Shown here: one piece after another, positions 1 through 9,834 of the stretch
How positions within the stretch are numbered: the first letter of the stretch is position 1
Layout: each line of letters opens with the position of its first letter
DNA from: an uncultured Alphaproteobacteria bacterium
Lineage (GTDB): Bacteria > Pseudomonadota > Alphaproteobacteria > Sphingomonadales > SMXR01
Reading direction: 5' to 3'
Assembly: GCA_937126915.1 (NCBI GenBank)
Contig: CAKZLM010000017.1
Location: 1,357-65,356, forward strand
Length of the DNA stretch: 64,000 nt
The notes under the pieces: model-generated
What the model saw: only the letters and a program-made list of their open reading frames with translations
What the model was told of the DNA's origin: nothing
Databases searched by the model: none
Made by a program: the position numbers and the translations under genes

Positions 1-50
1 ATCCCACTTATTATGAACTAACAAGAGGAAATTTTTGCCTAAAGGTGGTT

Positions 51-926
51 TTAATTTTTGAGCAACTGCCCCGACACAATGCGCTCAATACCTGCAATAT
101 CTTTGGTTTTCTCGATATGTCGTAACCCTGCCTCTGCCATAATGTTTGCGGTATCATCAGCTTGCTGGAAACCAATCTCTAAATATAGTCGCCCCCCCTC
201 TTTTAAAAGTGACGGCGCAAGAGACACTATGTGGCGCACATCATCTAACCCATCAACCCCACCATCAAGGGCGCTGTGGGGTTCATAATCACGCACATCA
301 GCATCTAAATCTTTTATATCATTGGCTGGAATATAAGGCGCATTAGACACTAAAATATCTAGGGGTAACCGAATAAAATCATTGAGGGCGGCATCAAACC
401 AGCTAATCGCCTGAAACTCGGCGCGATCCATAACAGCATTTTGTTTAGCATTGGAAACAGCCGTTTCAATGGCCTTGGCTGATTGATCAATGGCTTGACC
501 AGTAGCCTTTTGATATTCACTTAAGAGAGCAATAATAATACAACCACTACCAGTACCAAAATCAGCCATCCTTAGCGGTGCCGCCGTATCAGGATAATCT
601 TTCAAAACCTTCTCAATCATGGTTTCGGTGTCAGGGCGAGGAATAAGGGTGTGTTTATTAACTCTAAACTTCAGGCTCCAAAACTCTTGTTCCCCCAAAA
701 TATAAGCCACGGGTTCATAATTTTCACGGCGCCTGATTAACCCATCAAACTGGCTTTGCTGCTGGTTTGTTAAAAGGGCATCAGGTTCAAGGTGCAAATA
801 AATACGGCCCTTCTCTAAAACATACGCTAACAATATCTCAGCATCCAAACGCGCCGTATCAATACCTGCTCGGCTTAGGGTGCGTTGGGCTTCTTTTAGT
901 GCTTTTCTTATCGACAGCGTGGTCAA
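51..926 (-). CDS. prmC: Release-factor glutamine N5-methyltransferase (HemK/PrmC)
   Basis: 291-aa ORF. SAM-binding motif DFGTGSGCI and substrate motif SNAPYIP (a variant of NPPY). The start overlaps the prfA stop by 4 nt (923-926), the usual prfA-prmC coupling. Confidence 0.9.
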   Translation of the reverse strand: MTTLSIRKALKEAQRTLSRAGIDTARLDAEILLAYVLEKGRIYLHLEPDALLTNQQQSQFDGLIRRRENYEPVAYILGEQEFWSLKFRVNKHTLIPRPDTETMIEKVLKDYPDTAAPLRMADFGTGSGCIIIALLSEYQKATGQAIDQSAKAIETAVSNAKQNAVMDRAEFQAISWFDAALNDFIRLPLDILVSNAPYIPANDIKDLDADVRDYEPHSALDGGVDGLDDVRHIVSLAPSLLKEGGRLYLEIGFQQADDTANIMAEAGLRHIEKTKDIAGIERIVSGQLLKN

Positions 927-2005
927 TAACCCTGCTCCATTTCAGCCAATTTTGCGGCTTGGTCTTCTTGGGTTAGGGCCTGGATCATTTCCAACAATCC
1001 TTCGCCTTCCAAAATTTGATCAAGCTTGTGCAGGGTAAGGTTAATGCGGTGATCGGTCACCCGCCCTTGAGGGAAATTATAAGTGCGAATACGCTCTGCT
1101 CTATCGCCAGACCCCACCTGACCTTTACGGTCAGCGGCACGTTCGGCATCGACCTTGGCGCGTTCAGCCTCATAAATGCGAGAACGCAGCACGGTCATAG
1201 CCTTGGCTTTGTTCTTATGTTGTGACTTTTCGTCTTGTTGCTGGACTACAATACCCGAAGGCAGGTGGGTAATGCGCACCGCACTATCGGTGGTATTAAC
1301 CGACTGACCACCTGGACCACTGGCGCGGAACACATCAATGCGCAAATCTTTCTCATCAATTTTCACATCAACTTCTTCCGCCTCTGGCAACACCGCCACG
1401 GTTGCGGCTGAGGTGTGAATACGTCCACCTGATTCTGTGGCAGGAACCCGTTGCACACGGTGAACTCCTGATTCATATTTCATTTCCGCAAACACACCAC
1501 GCCCTGATACGGCAACGACAGCCTCTTTAAAGCCGCCAACTTCGCCAGCAGAAATGCTCATCGGCTCAAACTTCCAGCCCTTTACCTGTGAAAGGCGTTC
1601 ATACATGCGGTACAAATCGCCAGCAAACAAGGCTGCCTCATCACCGCCCGTACCAGCGCGAATTTCTAGAATGGCTGATTTTTCGTCAGCAGCATCTTTT
1701 GGTAATAAAAGAATAGACAGTTCATGCTCAAGCTTAGGCAAGCTTTCCTCAGCTTCTTTAAGCTCTTCCGACGCCAATTCTTTCATTTCAGCATCATCAC
1801 CATCACTGATCATCTCTTTCAGATCAGCAACTTCGTCATGCAATTCACTAATTTTCTTGGCTTTAGCCACAATTGGTTCAAGGTCTGAAAACTCTTTCGA
1901 CACATCGGCAAAGTTGGCATCCCCCATTTCATCAGGGTTGGCCATAATATGCTGCAAATAATCATAACGATCAAACAGCGCCTGAATTTTTTCGCGAGGG
2001 ATCAT
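923..2005 (-). CDS. prfA: Peptide chain release factor 1
   Basis: 360-aa ORF with the universal GGQ motif ([23 protein letters not shown]) and the RF1-type PAT tripeptide (RVPATES). Confidence 0.97.
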   Translation of the reverse strand: MIPREKIQALFDRYDYLQHIMANPDEMGDANFADVSKEFSDLEPIVAKAKKISELHDEVADLKEMISDGDDAEMKELASEELKEAEESLPKLEHELSILLLPKDAADEKSAILEIRAGTGGDEAALFAGDLYRMYERLSQVKGWKFEPMSISAGEVGGFKEAVVAVSGRGVFAEMKYESGVHRVQRVPATESGGRIHTSAATVAVLPEAEEVDVKIDEKDLRIDVFRASGPGGQSVNTTDSAVRITHLPSGIVVQQQDEKSQHKNKAKAMTVLRSRIYEAERAKVDAERAADRKGQVGSGDRAERIRTYNFPQGRVTDHRINLTLHKLDQILEGEGLLEMIQALTQEDQAAKLAEMEQGY

Positions 2006-2020
2006 TACGCCTCTCCTACC

Positions 2021-3259
2021 TTAAGCCTGAACACGGGCTAATAAATCAGCAAAACTTACTTCTTGCTGATCACCACTATCCATATCTTTTAAACTAACCA
2101 CACCTTTAAGCAATTCGTTATCGCCCAAAATGGCAACGAACCTTGCATTGGCATCTGCGGCGCGCTTCATGCGTTTTTTCATGTTGCCGCGAAAACCCAT
2201 ATCAGCCACCACACCGTTCGAGCGCAGCATGTTAAGCAACTGCATGGCTTTATTGGTAGCGGCATCACCCATCGGCACAAACACCACAGGACGTGGTGGC
2301 TTAGGTGCCTCTTTCAGCAACATGGCAAGGCGTTCAATTCCTCCAGCCCAACCAATACCCGCAGTTTGTGGACCACCCATTTGCTCCATCAAGCCATCAT
2401 AACGGCCACCACCAATAACCGTGCCCTGGGAGCCTAAATCGGTGGTGATAAATTCAAACGCCGTGTGGCAATAATAATCAAGTCCGCGCACCAAGTTTTC
2501 ATCATGAATATAGGTAATATCCATGGCATCAAGACCTTGCTTTACGGCATCAAAAAACGCTTGTGAGGTTTCATTTAAATAATAAGATAATTTGGGTGCA
2601 TCGGGTAACAGGGCGCGATCGCCTTCATCCTTACTATCCAAAATGCGTAAAGGATTTTTCTCCAAACGCGCCAAGCTATCCTCTGACAATTTGTCTTTAT
2701 GCCCGGTAAAATATTCAACCAAAGCATCACGGTAGGCTTGACGGCTTTCTTGATCCCCTAATGAATTAAGATGAAGAACCGTATTTTCAACCATACCTAA
2801 TTCTTTTAAAACCTGATGCGCAAGGGCAATAATTTCAATATCCGCTGCTGGTTCCGGGGCCCCTAAAATTTCTGCATCCAATTGGTGGAACTGCCGGTAA
2901 CGACCCTTTTGTGGGCGTTCATATCGGAACATCGGGCCATAGGCATAAAACTTTTTCATGCCAAATTGCTGCATACCCTCTGACATATAAGAACGCGCAA
3001 TGCCCGCCGTATATTCAGGTCGCAGGGTTAAGCCCTCACCACCACGGTCTTCAAAACAATACATTTCCTTAGACACCACATCAGAAGCCTCACCAAGGGT
3101 GCGTGAAAAAACTTCGGTAAATTCGAAAATAGGCGTGGAAATAGGTTCAAAGCTATAACGCTCTGCAACCGAGCGAAACACATCCACAACATGGTTAAAA
3201 CGCAGGGCATCCTCACCCCAGATATCTTTGGTCCCACGAACAGGCTGTAATTTAGCCAC
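2021..3259 (-). CDS. hisS: Histidine--tRNA ligase
   Basis: 412-aa ORF with class II HisRS signatures (MFRYERPQKGRYRQFHQ, GGGRYDGL) and a C-terminal anticodon-binding domain. Confidence 0.95.
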   Translation of the reverse strand: MAKLQPVRGTKDIWGEDALRFNHVVDVFRSVAERYSFEPISTPIFEFTEVFSRTLGEASDVVSKEMYCFEDRGGEGLTLRPEYTAGIARSYMSEGMQQFGMKKFYAYGPMFRYERPQKGRYRQFHQLDAEILGAPEPAADIEIIALAHQVLKELGMVENTVLHLNSLGDQESRQAYRDALVEYFTGHKDKLSEDSLARLEKNPLRILDSKDEGDRALLPDAPKLSYYLNETSQAFFDAVKQGLDAMDITYIHDENLVRGLDYYCHTAFEFITTDLGSQGTVIGGGRYDGLMEQMGGPQTAGIGWAGGIERLAMLLKEAPKPPRPVVFVPMGDAATNKAMQLLNMLRSNGVVADMGFRGNMKKRMKRAADANARFVAILGDNELLKGVVSLKDMDSGDQQEVSFADLLARVQA

Positions 3260-3336
3260 TTTTATATCCTTTTGTTTTTATGAATTGCTTTTGTTGACAC
3301 TATGACAGTCGGTTATTGATGGTGCCTTATGGGTGG

Positions 3337-4440
3337 CTATGAGGCCTCAGCCGCCATACTGGCCGCTTTTTCCTCCACCAACTGGACAATATGATCCACC
3401 AAGGTGTCATTGCTGATATTATGATCAGCAACACCAGACAAATAAACTTTATGATTGCCATTACCGCCACCTGTTAAACCAACATCGGTTTCACGGGCTT
3501 CACCAGGGCCGTTTACCACACAGCCAATAATAGACAAGCTGATGGGAATAGAAATATGGCTTAGGCGTTCTTCTAAGGTTTCAACAGTTTTAATCACAGG
3601 AAAGGCCTGACGCGCACACGATGGACACGACACAATGCGAACACCGCGATGACGCAGGTCCAGCGCTTTCAACATTTCAAAACCCGCCTTCACTTCTTCA
3701 ACGGGGTCAGCCGAAAGTGACACACGGATGGTATCACCAATACCTGCCCATAATAGCGAACCAATACCGATAGAGCTTTTCACCGTACCAGCGCGTAAAC
3801 CACCCGCCTCGGTAATGCCAAGGTGTAGCGGATAATCACAGGCATCGGCCAAGCCATGATAGGCTGCCACCGCCAAAAACACATCTGAGGCTTTCACACT
3901 AATTTTAAAATCAAAGAAATCATTATCTTCCAAAATGCGCGCATGATGAAGGGCGCTCTCAACCATGGCATCGGGGTTAGGTTCACCATATTTTTCCAGC
4001 AAGCTGCGTTCTAAAGAACCAGCGTTAACACCGATGCGCATGCTGCAACCATGATCACGGGCGGCTTTGACAACTTCTTTAACACGGTCATCAGAACCAA
4101 TATTGCCAGGGTTAATACGCAAACATGCTGCACCTGCCTCGGCCGCCTCAATCGCGCGCTTATAATGGAAATGAATATCAGCCACGATCGGCACATTGAC
4201 CGCTTGGACAATTTCTTTCAATGCCGCCGTAGATTCAACATCTGGGCAAGAAACCCGCACAATATCCGCACCTGCTTCTTCCAAGGCCCGAACTTGGGCT
4301 ATGGTTGCCTTGGCATCAGATGTCAGAGTGTTAGTCATGCTTTGCACGCTGATCGGGGCATCTCCACCAACAGCTACATCGCCCACCATAATCTGGCGGC
4401 TTTTACGGCGCATAATATCGCGATACGGTCTTAAGCTCAT
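3337..4440 (-). CDS. ispG: 4-hydroxy-3-methylbut-2-en-1-yl diphosphate synthase (GcpE)
   Basis: 367-aa ORF of the GcpE family, with a TIM-barrel N-terminal half and Fe-S cysteines ([17 protein letters not shown]). Confidence 0.95.
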   Translation of the reverse strand: MSLRPYRDIMRRKSRQIMVGDVAVGGDAPISVQSMTNTLTSDAKATIAQVRALEEAGADIVRVSCPDVESTAALKEIVQAVNVPIVADIHFHYKRAIEAAEAGAACLRINPGNIGSDDRVKEVVKAARDHGCSMRIGVNAGSLERSLLEKYGEPNPDAMVESALHHARILEDNDFFDFKISVKASDVFLAVAAYHGLADACDYPLHLGITEAGGLRAGTVKSSIGIGSLLWAGIGDTIRVSLSADPVEEVKAGFEMLKALDLRHRGVRIVSCPSCARQAFPVIKTVETLEERLSHISIPISLSIIGCVVNGPGEARETDVGLTGGGNGNHKVYLSGVADHNISNDTLVDHIVQLVEEKAASMAAEAS

Positions 4441-4535
4441 GAAACGCTATCCTTCAAACATGACTCATTGATTAGCCAAAGGGCATGAATGCAGTAAATA
4501 GCAAGAAAAGACAGAAAGTTTAACCAAAAACTGAA

Positions 4536-5309
4536 TTAATTTACGCTATTGGTTGAAACCGCGCTTAAGTCATAAGAAACGATAAAGTTTGTGCTTGGCT
4601 TAAAAGCCACATCTACACCATCACGTAACAGCTTCAAAGCGTTGGCATTACTGCTTGTTAGCTTGAGATAGCGTTCTTTAGGCGCGATCAATTTTTCGCC
4701 CGCTTGTAGAACTTTATCTACCAACACACGGTCTTTATCATCCTTTATCAAAACCCAAGCATCATCTTTCGCGATAATTTCCATCATCGGCAAGTCAAGC
4801 TGCACGGCCTGTAGATGATTGCCACCCACACCATTATTGATGATTGATGCAATTTTTTCAGCACTGGGCACCATCGCCATAGAGGCAATATGTTGCGGTA
4901 CTTCTGGTGTTTTAACTTGTTTTTGAGTAGCGGAAAAATCAACCGCGCTAAAAACATAGCCTACAGAGATAAGAACAGCCAAACCACTTAAAAATAAGCG
5001 ATTGAAAAATCCTGTTTTTTCAGTTTGCGGCTCAGCCACCATGACACTTTCACTGGCCGCTTTTTGTGGTGACATGCGCGCTTTTAAGCGGTCCACCATC
5101 AGCTCAGTATCAAGTTTAAGATAATCACATAAACTGCGTAAAAACCCGAGAGCAAACGGCCCTTCGGGAAGACTGTCATATTGATCTGCTTCTAAGGCAG
5201 CAACATAACGCTTTGAGATGCATAGTTCGTTCGCCAAATCATCAATTGAAATGTTTCTGGCGCAACGTGCTTTTTTTAATTCAGCACCAATTGTTAGACG
5301 ATTGTCCAT
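4536..5309 (-). CDS. RodZ-like membrane protein with an XRE-type HTH and a DUF4115-like C-terminus
   Basis: N-terminal HTH (ISIDDLANELCISKRYVAALE), one central hydrophobic segment (LFLSGLAVLISVGYVF) and a C-terminal beta-rich domain, as in RodZ-family proteins. Confidence 0.7.
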   Translation of the reverse strand: MDNRLTIGAELKKARCARNISIDDLANELCISKRYVAALEADQYDSLPEGPFALGFLRSLCDYLKLDTELMVDRLKARMSPQKAASESVMVAEPQTEKTGFFNRLFLSGLAVLISVGYVFSAVDFSATQKQVKTPEVPQHIASMAMVPSAEKIASIINNGVGGNHLQAVQLDLPMMEIIAKDDAWVLIKDDKDRVLVDKVLQAGEKLIAPKERYLKLTSSNANALKLLRDGVDVAFKPSTNFIVSYDLSAVSTNSVN

Positions 5310-5469
5310 TATAGACCCCTGAGATACATACTTTTTATTTGTATCGAACCCCGTGCAACGAATATTGTTGCAAAAAACCCTGCGAGAATCGATTTAATAA
5401 AAAGTGTAACATAAAGTCAACAACAAATTATTAATGATAGATAAAATTAAAGATAAATGCAATTTTTCA

Positions 5470-7731
5470 CTAGATTGTAATATTTTTCTCAACTGCATAT
5501 TGCATTACCCGCTCACGTATTGAAGAGTGCGCGTTTCCAAGGGTTTCGTCCAACCAACTTTGAAATTCTATAATATTAGCTGAGCGAATCATCGCCTTAA
5601 CAGGGCCTATTGACGTAGGGGGAAGTGATAATATTTTTAATCCCAACCCCATCATCACCAAAGCATCAAGCGGGCGACTGCCCACTTCACCACATGAACT
5701 AACAGGCACATTGGCCTGATGACACTTCTCAATGATATCGCGTAAATATCTCAAAAACGATGGCAACATAAAGTCATAACGCTCTGATAATTTCGGATTG
5801 GCACGATCTACAGCAAAGAAAAACTGCATCAAGTCATTGGTACCAATTGACATAAAGTCCACCAGGGGCAACAACTCGTCAAGTTGCCAAGCCAGTGATG
5901 GCACCTCTAACATGCTGCCAACTTTCACAGAGGACGGTAGTTCACGCTCAACATTTTCAAGATATCTCAGCTCTTCATCAACCATCGCCCGCACCGCTTT
6001 AAATTCGCTTATATCAGCGATCATCGGCAGCAATATTCTTATCTCTTTGCCAGCACCAGCGGTTAACAAGGCCCTAATTTGCAAGCGCATTAAAATTGGG
6101 CGCTCCATGGTAAGGCGGGTTGCGCGCCATCCCATGGCAGGATTTTCTTCTTCGGCATGCTTTAAAAATGGCACACGTTTATCACTACCAATATCAAGGG
6201 TGCGGAACACCACTGGCTTATCTTGCGCCATTTCCAACACGTTAGAATATAGTTCAACTTGGGCATCTAATTTTGGCAGGGTGCTGGAAACCATAAACTG
6301 AAACTCAGTCCTGAAAAGGCCAATACCTTTGGCCCCTGACTTTTCCAAATTTGTCAGGTCAATCATCAAGCCCGCATTCATGAAGAGATCAATATTCTGA
6401 CCGTCTAAGGACACAGATGGCAATTCACGGTCAGCGGCATAACGCGCCAACATCGCCTCGCGTTCTTGCAAGCTATCTGAATAAGCGTGGAAAACATCTT
6501 CAATGGGACGGATGAAAATTTGTTGATTATCAGCATCAACAATAACATCTTCCCCTTCATTTAAATAGCTAGTTGGGTGTAACACTTGGCCAACAACCGG
6601 AATTCCCAAGGCCTTTGCAATGATGGATAGATGCGCTGTTGGTGCGCCTTCCTCAAGCACAATGCCCTTTAAGAATGTGGTGCCATAATCCAGCATTTCT
6701 GCTGGCCCCATGTTTTTGGCAAACACAATCGATGGGCGGCGCAGAATGTGATGATCCATATATTGATCACCCAACACCAACATACGAATTAAGCGATTTG
6801 ACAAATCATCCAAATCACTAAGACGTTCCCGCAAATAAGGATCATGCAAGGTTGCCATACGCACACGAATGTCACGCTGTACCCGCTCAACCGCTGCCTC
6901 TGCGGTAAGGCCGTCTTCAATGCCTAGGGATATTTTTTGCTGCCAGCCTTTATCAAGAGCAAACATCTTATAGGTTTCAAGAATTTCACGATGTTCACCA
7001 ACAACCGCTAATTCACCCAAATTAAGCATTTGGTCAATTTGGCCCTGCATTTTACTAAGGGCGTGCTTAAGGCGTTCACGCTCTTCTTGTCGACTGCTGG
7101 AAATATGATGATCAACATCAACCCGTGGTTCATGAAAAACCGCTTCACCGTAAGCAATACCAGGCGCAAACATTTGACCGGCTAAATTTATTTGCGCATC
7201 TGGGTCATGATGGCTTTTCATCGCCTCATCAGGGTCAATCAAATCCCCCGCACCGATAATTTCAGCCACCACCATAGCCACGGTTTGCAGGGCTTCAATT
7301 TCTTCGGTTTTAAAGATGCGTGCTTGCTTGGTTTGCACCACCAAAACACCAGAAATGTTTTCACGATAAATGATAGGCACACCAGCAAAAGATCTAAAAT
7401 CTTCCTCACCTGTCTCAGGTAGGTATACGAAGTTCGGGTGCTTGCGGGCTTCAGCAAGGTTCAATGGGATACCTTTATCCGCAATGTAACCAACCAAGCC
7501 CTCACCCATTTTCAGGCGAGACAAGTGAACCGCTTCATTTTTCAAACCAATGGTCGAAAACAGTTCCAACTCTCGGGCAGCGCGCACCATATAAACCGAG
7601 CACACTTCTACTTCCATAGTGTTTGCTATTTCAACGACCAAGGCATCAAGGCGCTCTTGTGCAGGGGCATCCCCACTCATCACACTGTGCAGGCGCTTCA
7701 ATAACTGTCTTGGACGATCACTATGTGGCAT
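5470..7731 (-). CDS. ptsP: Phosphoenolpyruvate-protein phosphotransferase, nitrogen PTS enzyme I (GAF-EI)
   Basis: 753-aa ORF. N-terminal GAF-like domain, phospho-histidine region (GAPTAHLSIIAKALGIPVV) and a PEP-utilising TIM barrel (FMSIGTNDLMQF). Confidence 0.9.
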   Translation of the reverse strand: MPHSDRPRQLLKRLHSVMSGDAPAQERLDALVVEIANTMEVEVCSVYMVRAARELELFSTIGLKNEAVHLSRLKMGEGLVGYIADKGIPLNLAEARKHPNFVYLPETGEEDFRSFAGVPIIYRENISGVLVVQTKQARIFKTEEIEALQTVAMVVAEIIGAGDLIDPDEAMKSHHDPDAQINLAGQMFAPGIAYGEAVFHEPRVDVDHHISSSRQEERERLKHALSKMQGQIDQMLNLGELAVVGEHREILETYKMFALDKGWQQKISLGIEDGLTAEAAVERVQRDIRVRMATLHDPYLRERLSDLDDLSNRLIRMLVLGDQYMDHHILRRPSIVFAKNMGPAEMLDYGTTFLKGIVLEEGAPTAHLSIIAKALGIPVVGQVLHPTSYLNEGEDVIVDADNQQIFIRPIEDVFHAYSDSLQEREAMLARYAADRELPSVSLDGQNIDLFMNAGLMIDLTNLEKSGAKGIGLFRTEFQFMVSSTLPKLDAQVELYSNVLEMAQDKPVVFRTLDIGSDKRVPFLKHAEEENPAMGWRATRLTMERPILMRLQIRALLTAGAGKEIRILLPMIADISEFKAVRAMVDEELRYLENVERELPSSVKVGSMLEVPSLAWQLDELLPLVDFMSIGTNDLMQFFFAVDRANPKLSERYDFMLPSFLRYLRDIIEKCHQANVPVSSCGEVGSRPLDALVMMGLGLKILSLPPTSIGPVKAMIRSANIIEFQSWLDETLGNAHSSIRERVMQYAVEKNITI

Positions 7732-7773
7732 TCATCTCCCCCCGAGGAATGTTTAGGCTAGTTTTTATATGGC

Positions 7774-8823
7774 TTATTTTGCGAGAAATGAAACCGCTTG
7801 ATCAACAAGTTCATCAATAATTTCTTGGGTGGTTTGAATTGATTTCACCATGCCAACGCTTTGACCCGCCATCACAGATCCATTAACCACATCGCCATCA
7901 ACAACCGCACGACGCAGGGCACCACCCCAATATTTCTCAATTTCAAGCTGAGCAGTTTCTAGGTCCATCTCGCCATTTTTATAGCGTTCAATGGTTTCAA
8001 TTTGATATTCGGTAAAACGCTCTGTGCCATCGTTTTTGAGGGCACGCACAGGAATAACGGGAAAACGTGGATCAACCTGAACAGATGCAATGGCATCACG
8101 AGCCTGTCCGCGAATGAAGGCTTTTTTAAAGTTTTCATGGGCCGAGCATTCTTCAGCGCATACAAAACGCGTACCTAACTGACAGCCCGACGCGCCCATC
8201 TGCATGTAATTGACCATCGCCTCGCCACGACCAATACCACCCGCAACAAAAACCGGCACATCATGAATATGGGGTAAAATTTCTTGTGCCAAAACGTTGG
8301 TTGAAACAGGGCCAATATGGCCACCCGCCTCGGCCCCTTCAATGACAATGGCATCAACACCGCTGCGAATTAACTTTTTGGCTAACACCAACACAGGGGC
8401 AAAACAAATCAGCTTGGCACCACCGTCTTTAATTTTTTTAATGGCAGCACCCGATGGCAAACCACCCGCCAAAACAACATGGCTAATATTGAGGTCCAAA
8501 CACACATCAATTAACTCATCCAGCATTGGATGAAGGGTGATTAAGTTAACACCAAATGGTTTTTGGGTTAGCTTTTGAGTCGCAACAATTTCATCCCGTA
8601 ACAAATCAGGCGTCATACCACCACAGGCAATGACACCAAAACCACCCGCATTTGAAATGGCTGATACCAAATGGCGATCAGAAACCCAACTCATGGCCCC
8701 GCCTAAAATGGCATATTCGGTTCCTAGGAAATCCTTACCACGCTGCCACAAATCATTTAATTTTTGTTTTGCTGCGGCCAATACAGCCTCATCAAGTGGC
8801 TGTTCAGATTCTTGATTTTGCAT
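7774..8823 (-). CDS. FMN-dependent nitronate monooxygenase / FabK-like (NPD family) oxidoreductase
   Basis: 349-aa ORF with FMN TIM-barrel motifs (GGMSWVS, IEGAEAGGHIG, VFVAGGIGRG). Confidence 0.8.
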   Translation of the reverse strand: MQNQESEQPLDEAVLAAAKQKLNDLWQRGKDFLGTEYAILGGAMSWVSDRHLVSAISNAGGFGVIACGGMTPDLLRDEIVATQKLTQKPFGVNLITLHPMLDELIDVCLDLNISHVVLAGGLPSGAAIKKIKDGGAKLICFAPVLVLAKKLIRSGVDAIVIEGAEAGGHIGPVSTNVLAQEILPHIHDVPVFVAGGIGRGEAMVNYMQMGASGCQLGTRFVCAEECSAHENFKKAFIRGQARDAIASVQVDPRFPVIPVRALKNDGTERFTEYQIETIERYKNGEMDLETAQLEIEKYWGGALRRAVVDGDVVNGSVMAGQSVGMVKSIQTTQEIIDELVDQAVSFLAK

Positions 8824-9036
8824 CTTTTTTCCCTTTTGCCCGAATAGCGTAAAATAGGTTGCACTACTCTGTACACAACTTACCCCCTATTAGGCAAGCG
8901 ACTTGCGCCAAAAAGCATGATAATTTCTGCTTAATGGCGAAACAATGTCAGGATTTTGTTGATTTTTTTGCCCTAATAGACCATCTACTAAGAAGAACTG
9001 CTCTGCTTAGGCTAAGCGCACTGAGGGAAACAAACC

Positions 9037-9819
9037 ATGGAAACACCACAAAACGAAACGCCAACCAGCACCGTTGACCCCAACGAGGTTGCGCATTTTG
9101 GTAAAATGGCAGAAACATGGTGGGACCCCAAAGGCCCCTTCAAACCTTTGCATAAACTGAACCCTACCCGTTTAGGCTATATTCGCAAAACCTTAGCCCA
9201 ACATTTTGACCTCACCCTTGACGACGATATGGCCATTGATGAAACACCTGCAAGTTTATTAGCAGGCTTAAAAGGCTTAGACATTGGCTGCGGTGGTGGT
9301 TTGCTAACTGAACCCTTAGCAACGTGGGGGGCAGAAATGTTAGGGGCTGATGCCACCGAAAAAAACATTCATATCGCCGCCCATCATGCCGAAGAAAACA
9401 ATGTTGATGTTCAATATCGACACGTAACGGCAGAGCATTTGGTCGAAGAAGGGGCGCAATTTGATTTTATCATCAACATGGAAGTTTTAGAGCATGTTGC
9501 GGACATTTCATTATTCTTAAATGCCACCCACAGCCTGCTTAAACCCGGCGGCATCATGCTATTTTCGACCCTCAACCGCACGATTAAGTCATATATGACG
9601 GCTATTGTTGGGGCTGAATATATTTTGCGCTGGCTGCCAAAAGGCACCCATCACTGGAACAAATTTATCAAACCCAGTGAATTGCACCGTGCCCTTACCC
9701 AACAAAAGTTCCATGTACAAGACATGGAAGGCATGATCTATAATCCGATCAATGACCAATGGCGTTTGGGACACGATTTAGCAATCAACTATTTAGGCAG
9801 TGCGTTGAAGGCCCAATAA
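9037..9819 (+). CDS. ubiG: Bifunctional 3-demethylubiquinol 3-O-methyltransferase
   Basis: 260-aa ORF. UbiG-type N-terminus (EVAHFGKMAETWWDPKGPFKPLHKLNP) and SAM motif I (LDIGCGGGLL). Confidence 0.9.
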   Translation: METPQNETPTSTVDPNEVAHFGKMAETWWDPKGPFKPLHKLNPTRLGYIRKTLAQHFDLTLDDDMAIDETPASLLAGLKGLDIGCGGGLLTEPLATWGAEMLGADATEKNIHIAAHHAEENNVDVQYRHVTAEHLVEEGAQFDFIINMEVLEHVADISLFLNATHSLLKPGGIMLFSTLNRTIKSYMTAIVGAEYILRWLPKGTHHWNKFIKPSELHRALTQQKFHVQDMEGMIYNPINDQWRLGHDLAINYLGSALKAQ

Positions 9820-9834
9820 GGCAGCCTTCATTCT

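Noticed and set aside
330-350. PrmC substrate motif reads NAPY instead of the usual NPPY
   Set aside because: This is a conservative single-residue variant in an otherwise intact, translationally coupled prmC. There is not enough here to argue altered function without a family alignment.
1554-1961. Long antisense ORFs inside well-supported genes. Examples are 1554..1961 (+) in prfA, 5798..6301 (+) in ptsP, 11319..11744 (+) in the TIR-TPR gene, 19082..19552 and 19880..20320 (-) in secA, 35198..35668 (-) in topA, and 61420..61887 (+) in mgtE.
   Set aside because: All are fully embedded opposite genes with strong family signatures. Their products are low-complexity or Ser/Arg-rich with no motifs. 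They are typical shadow ORFs.
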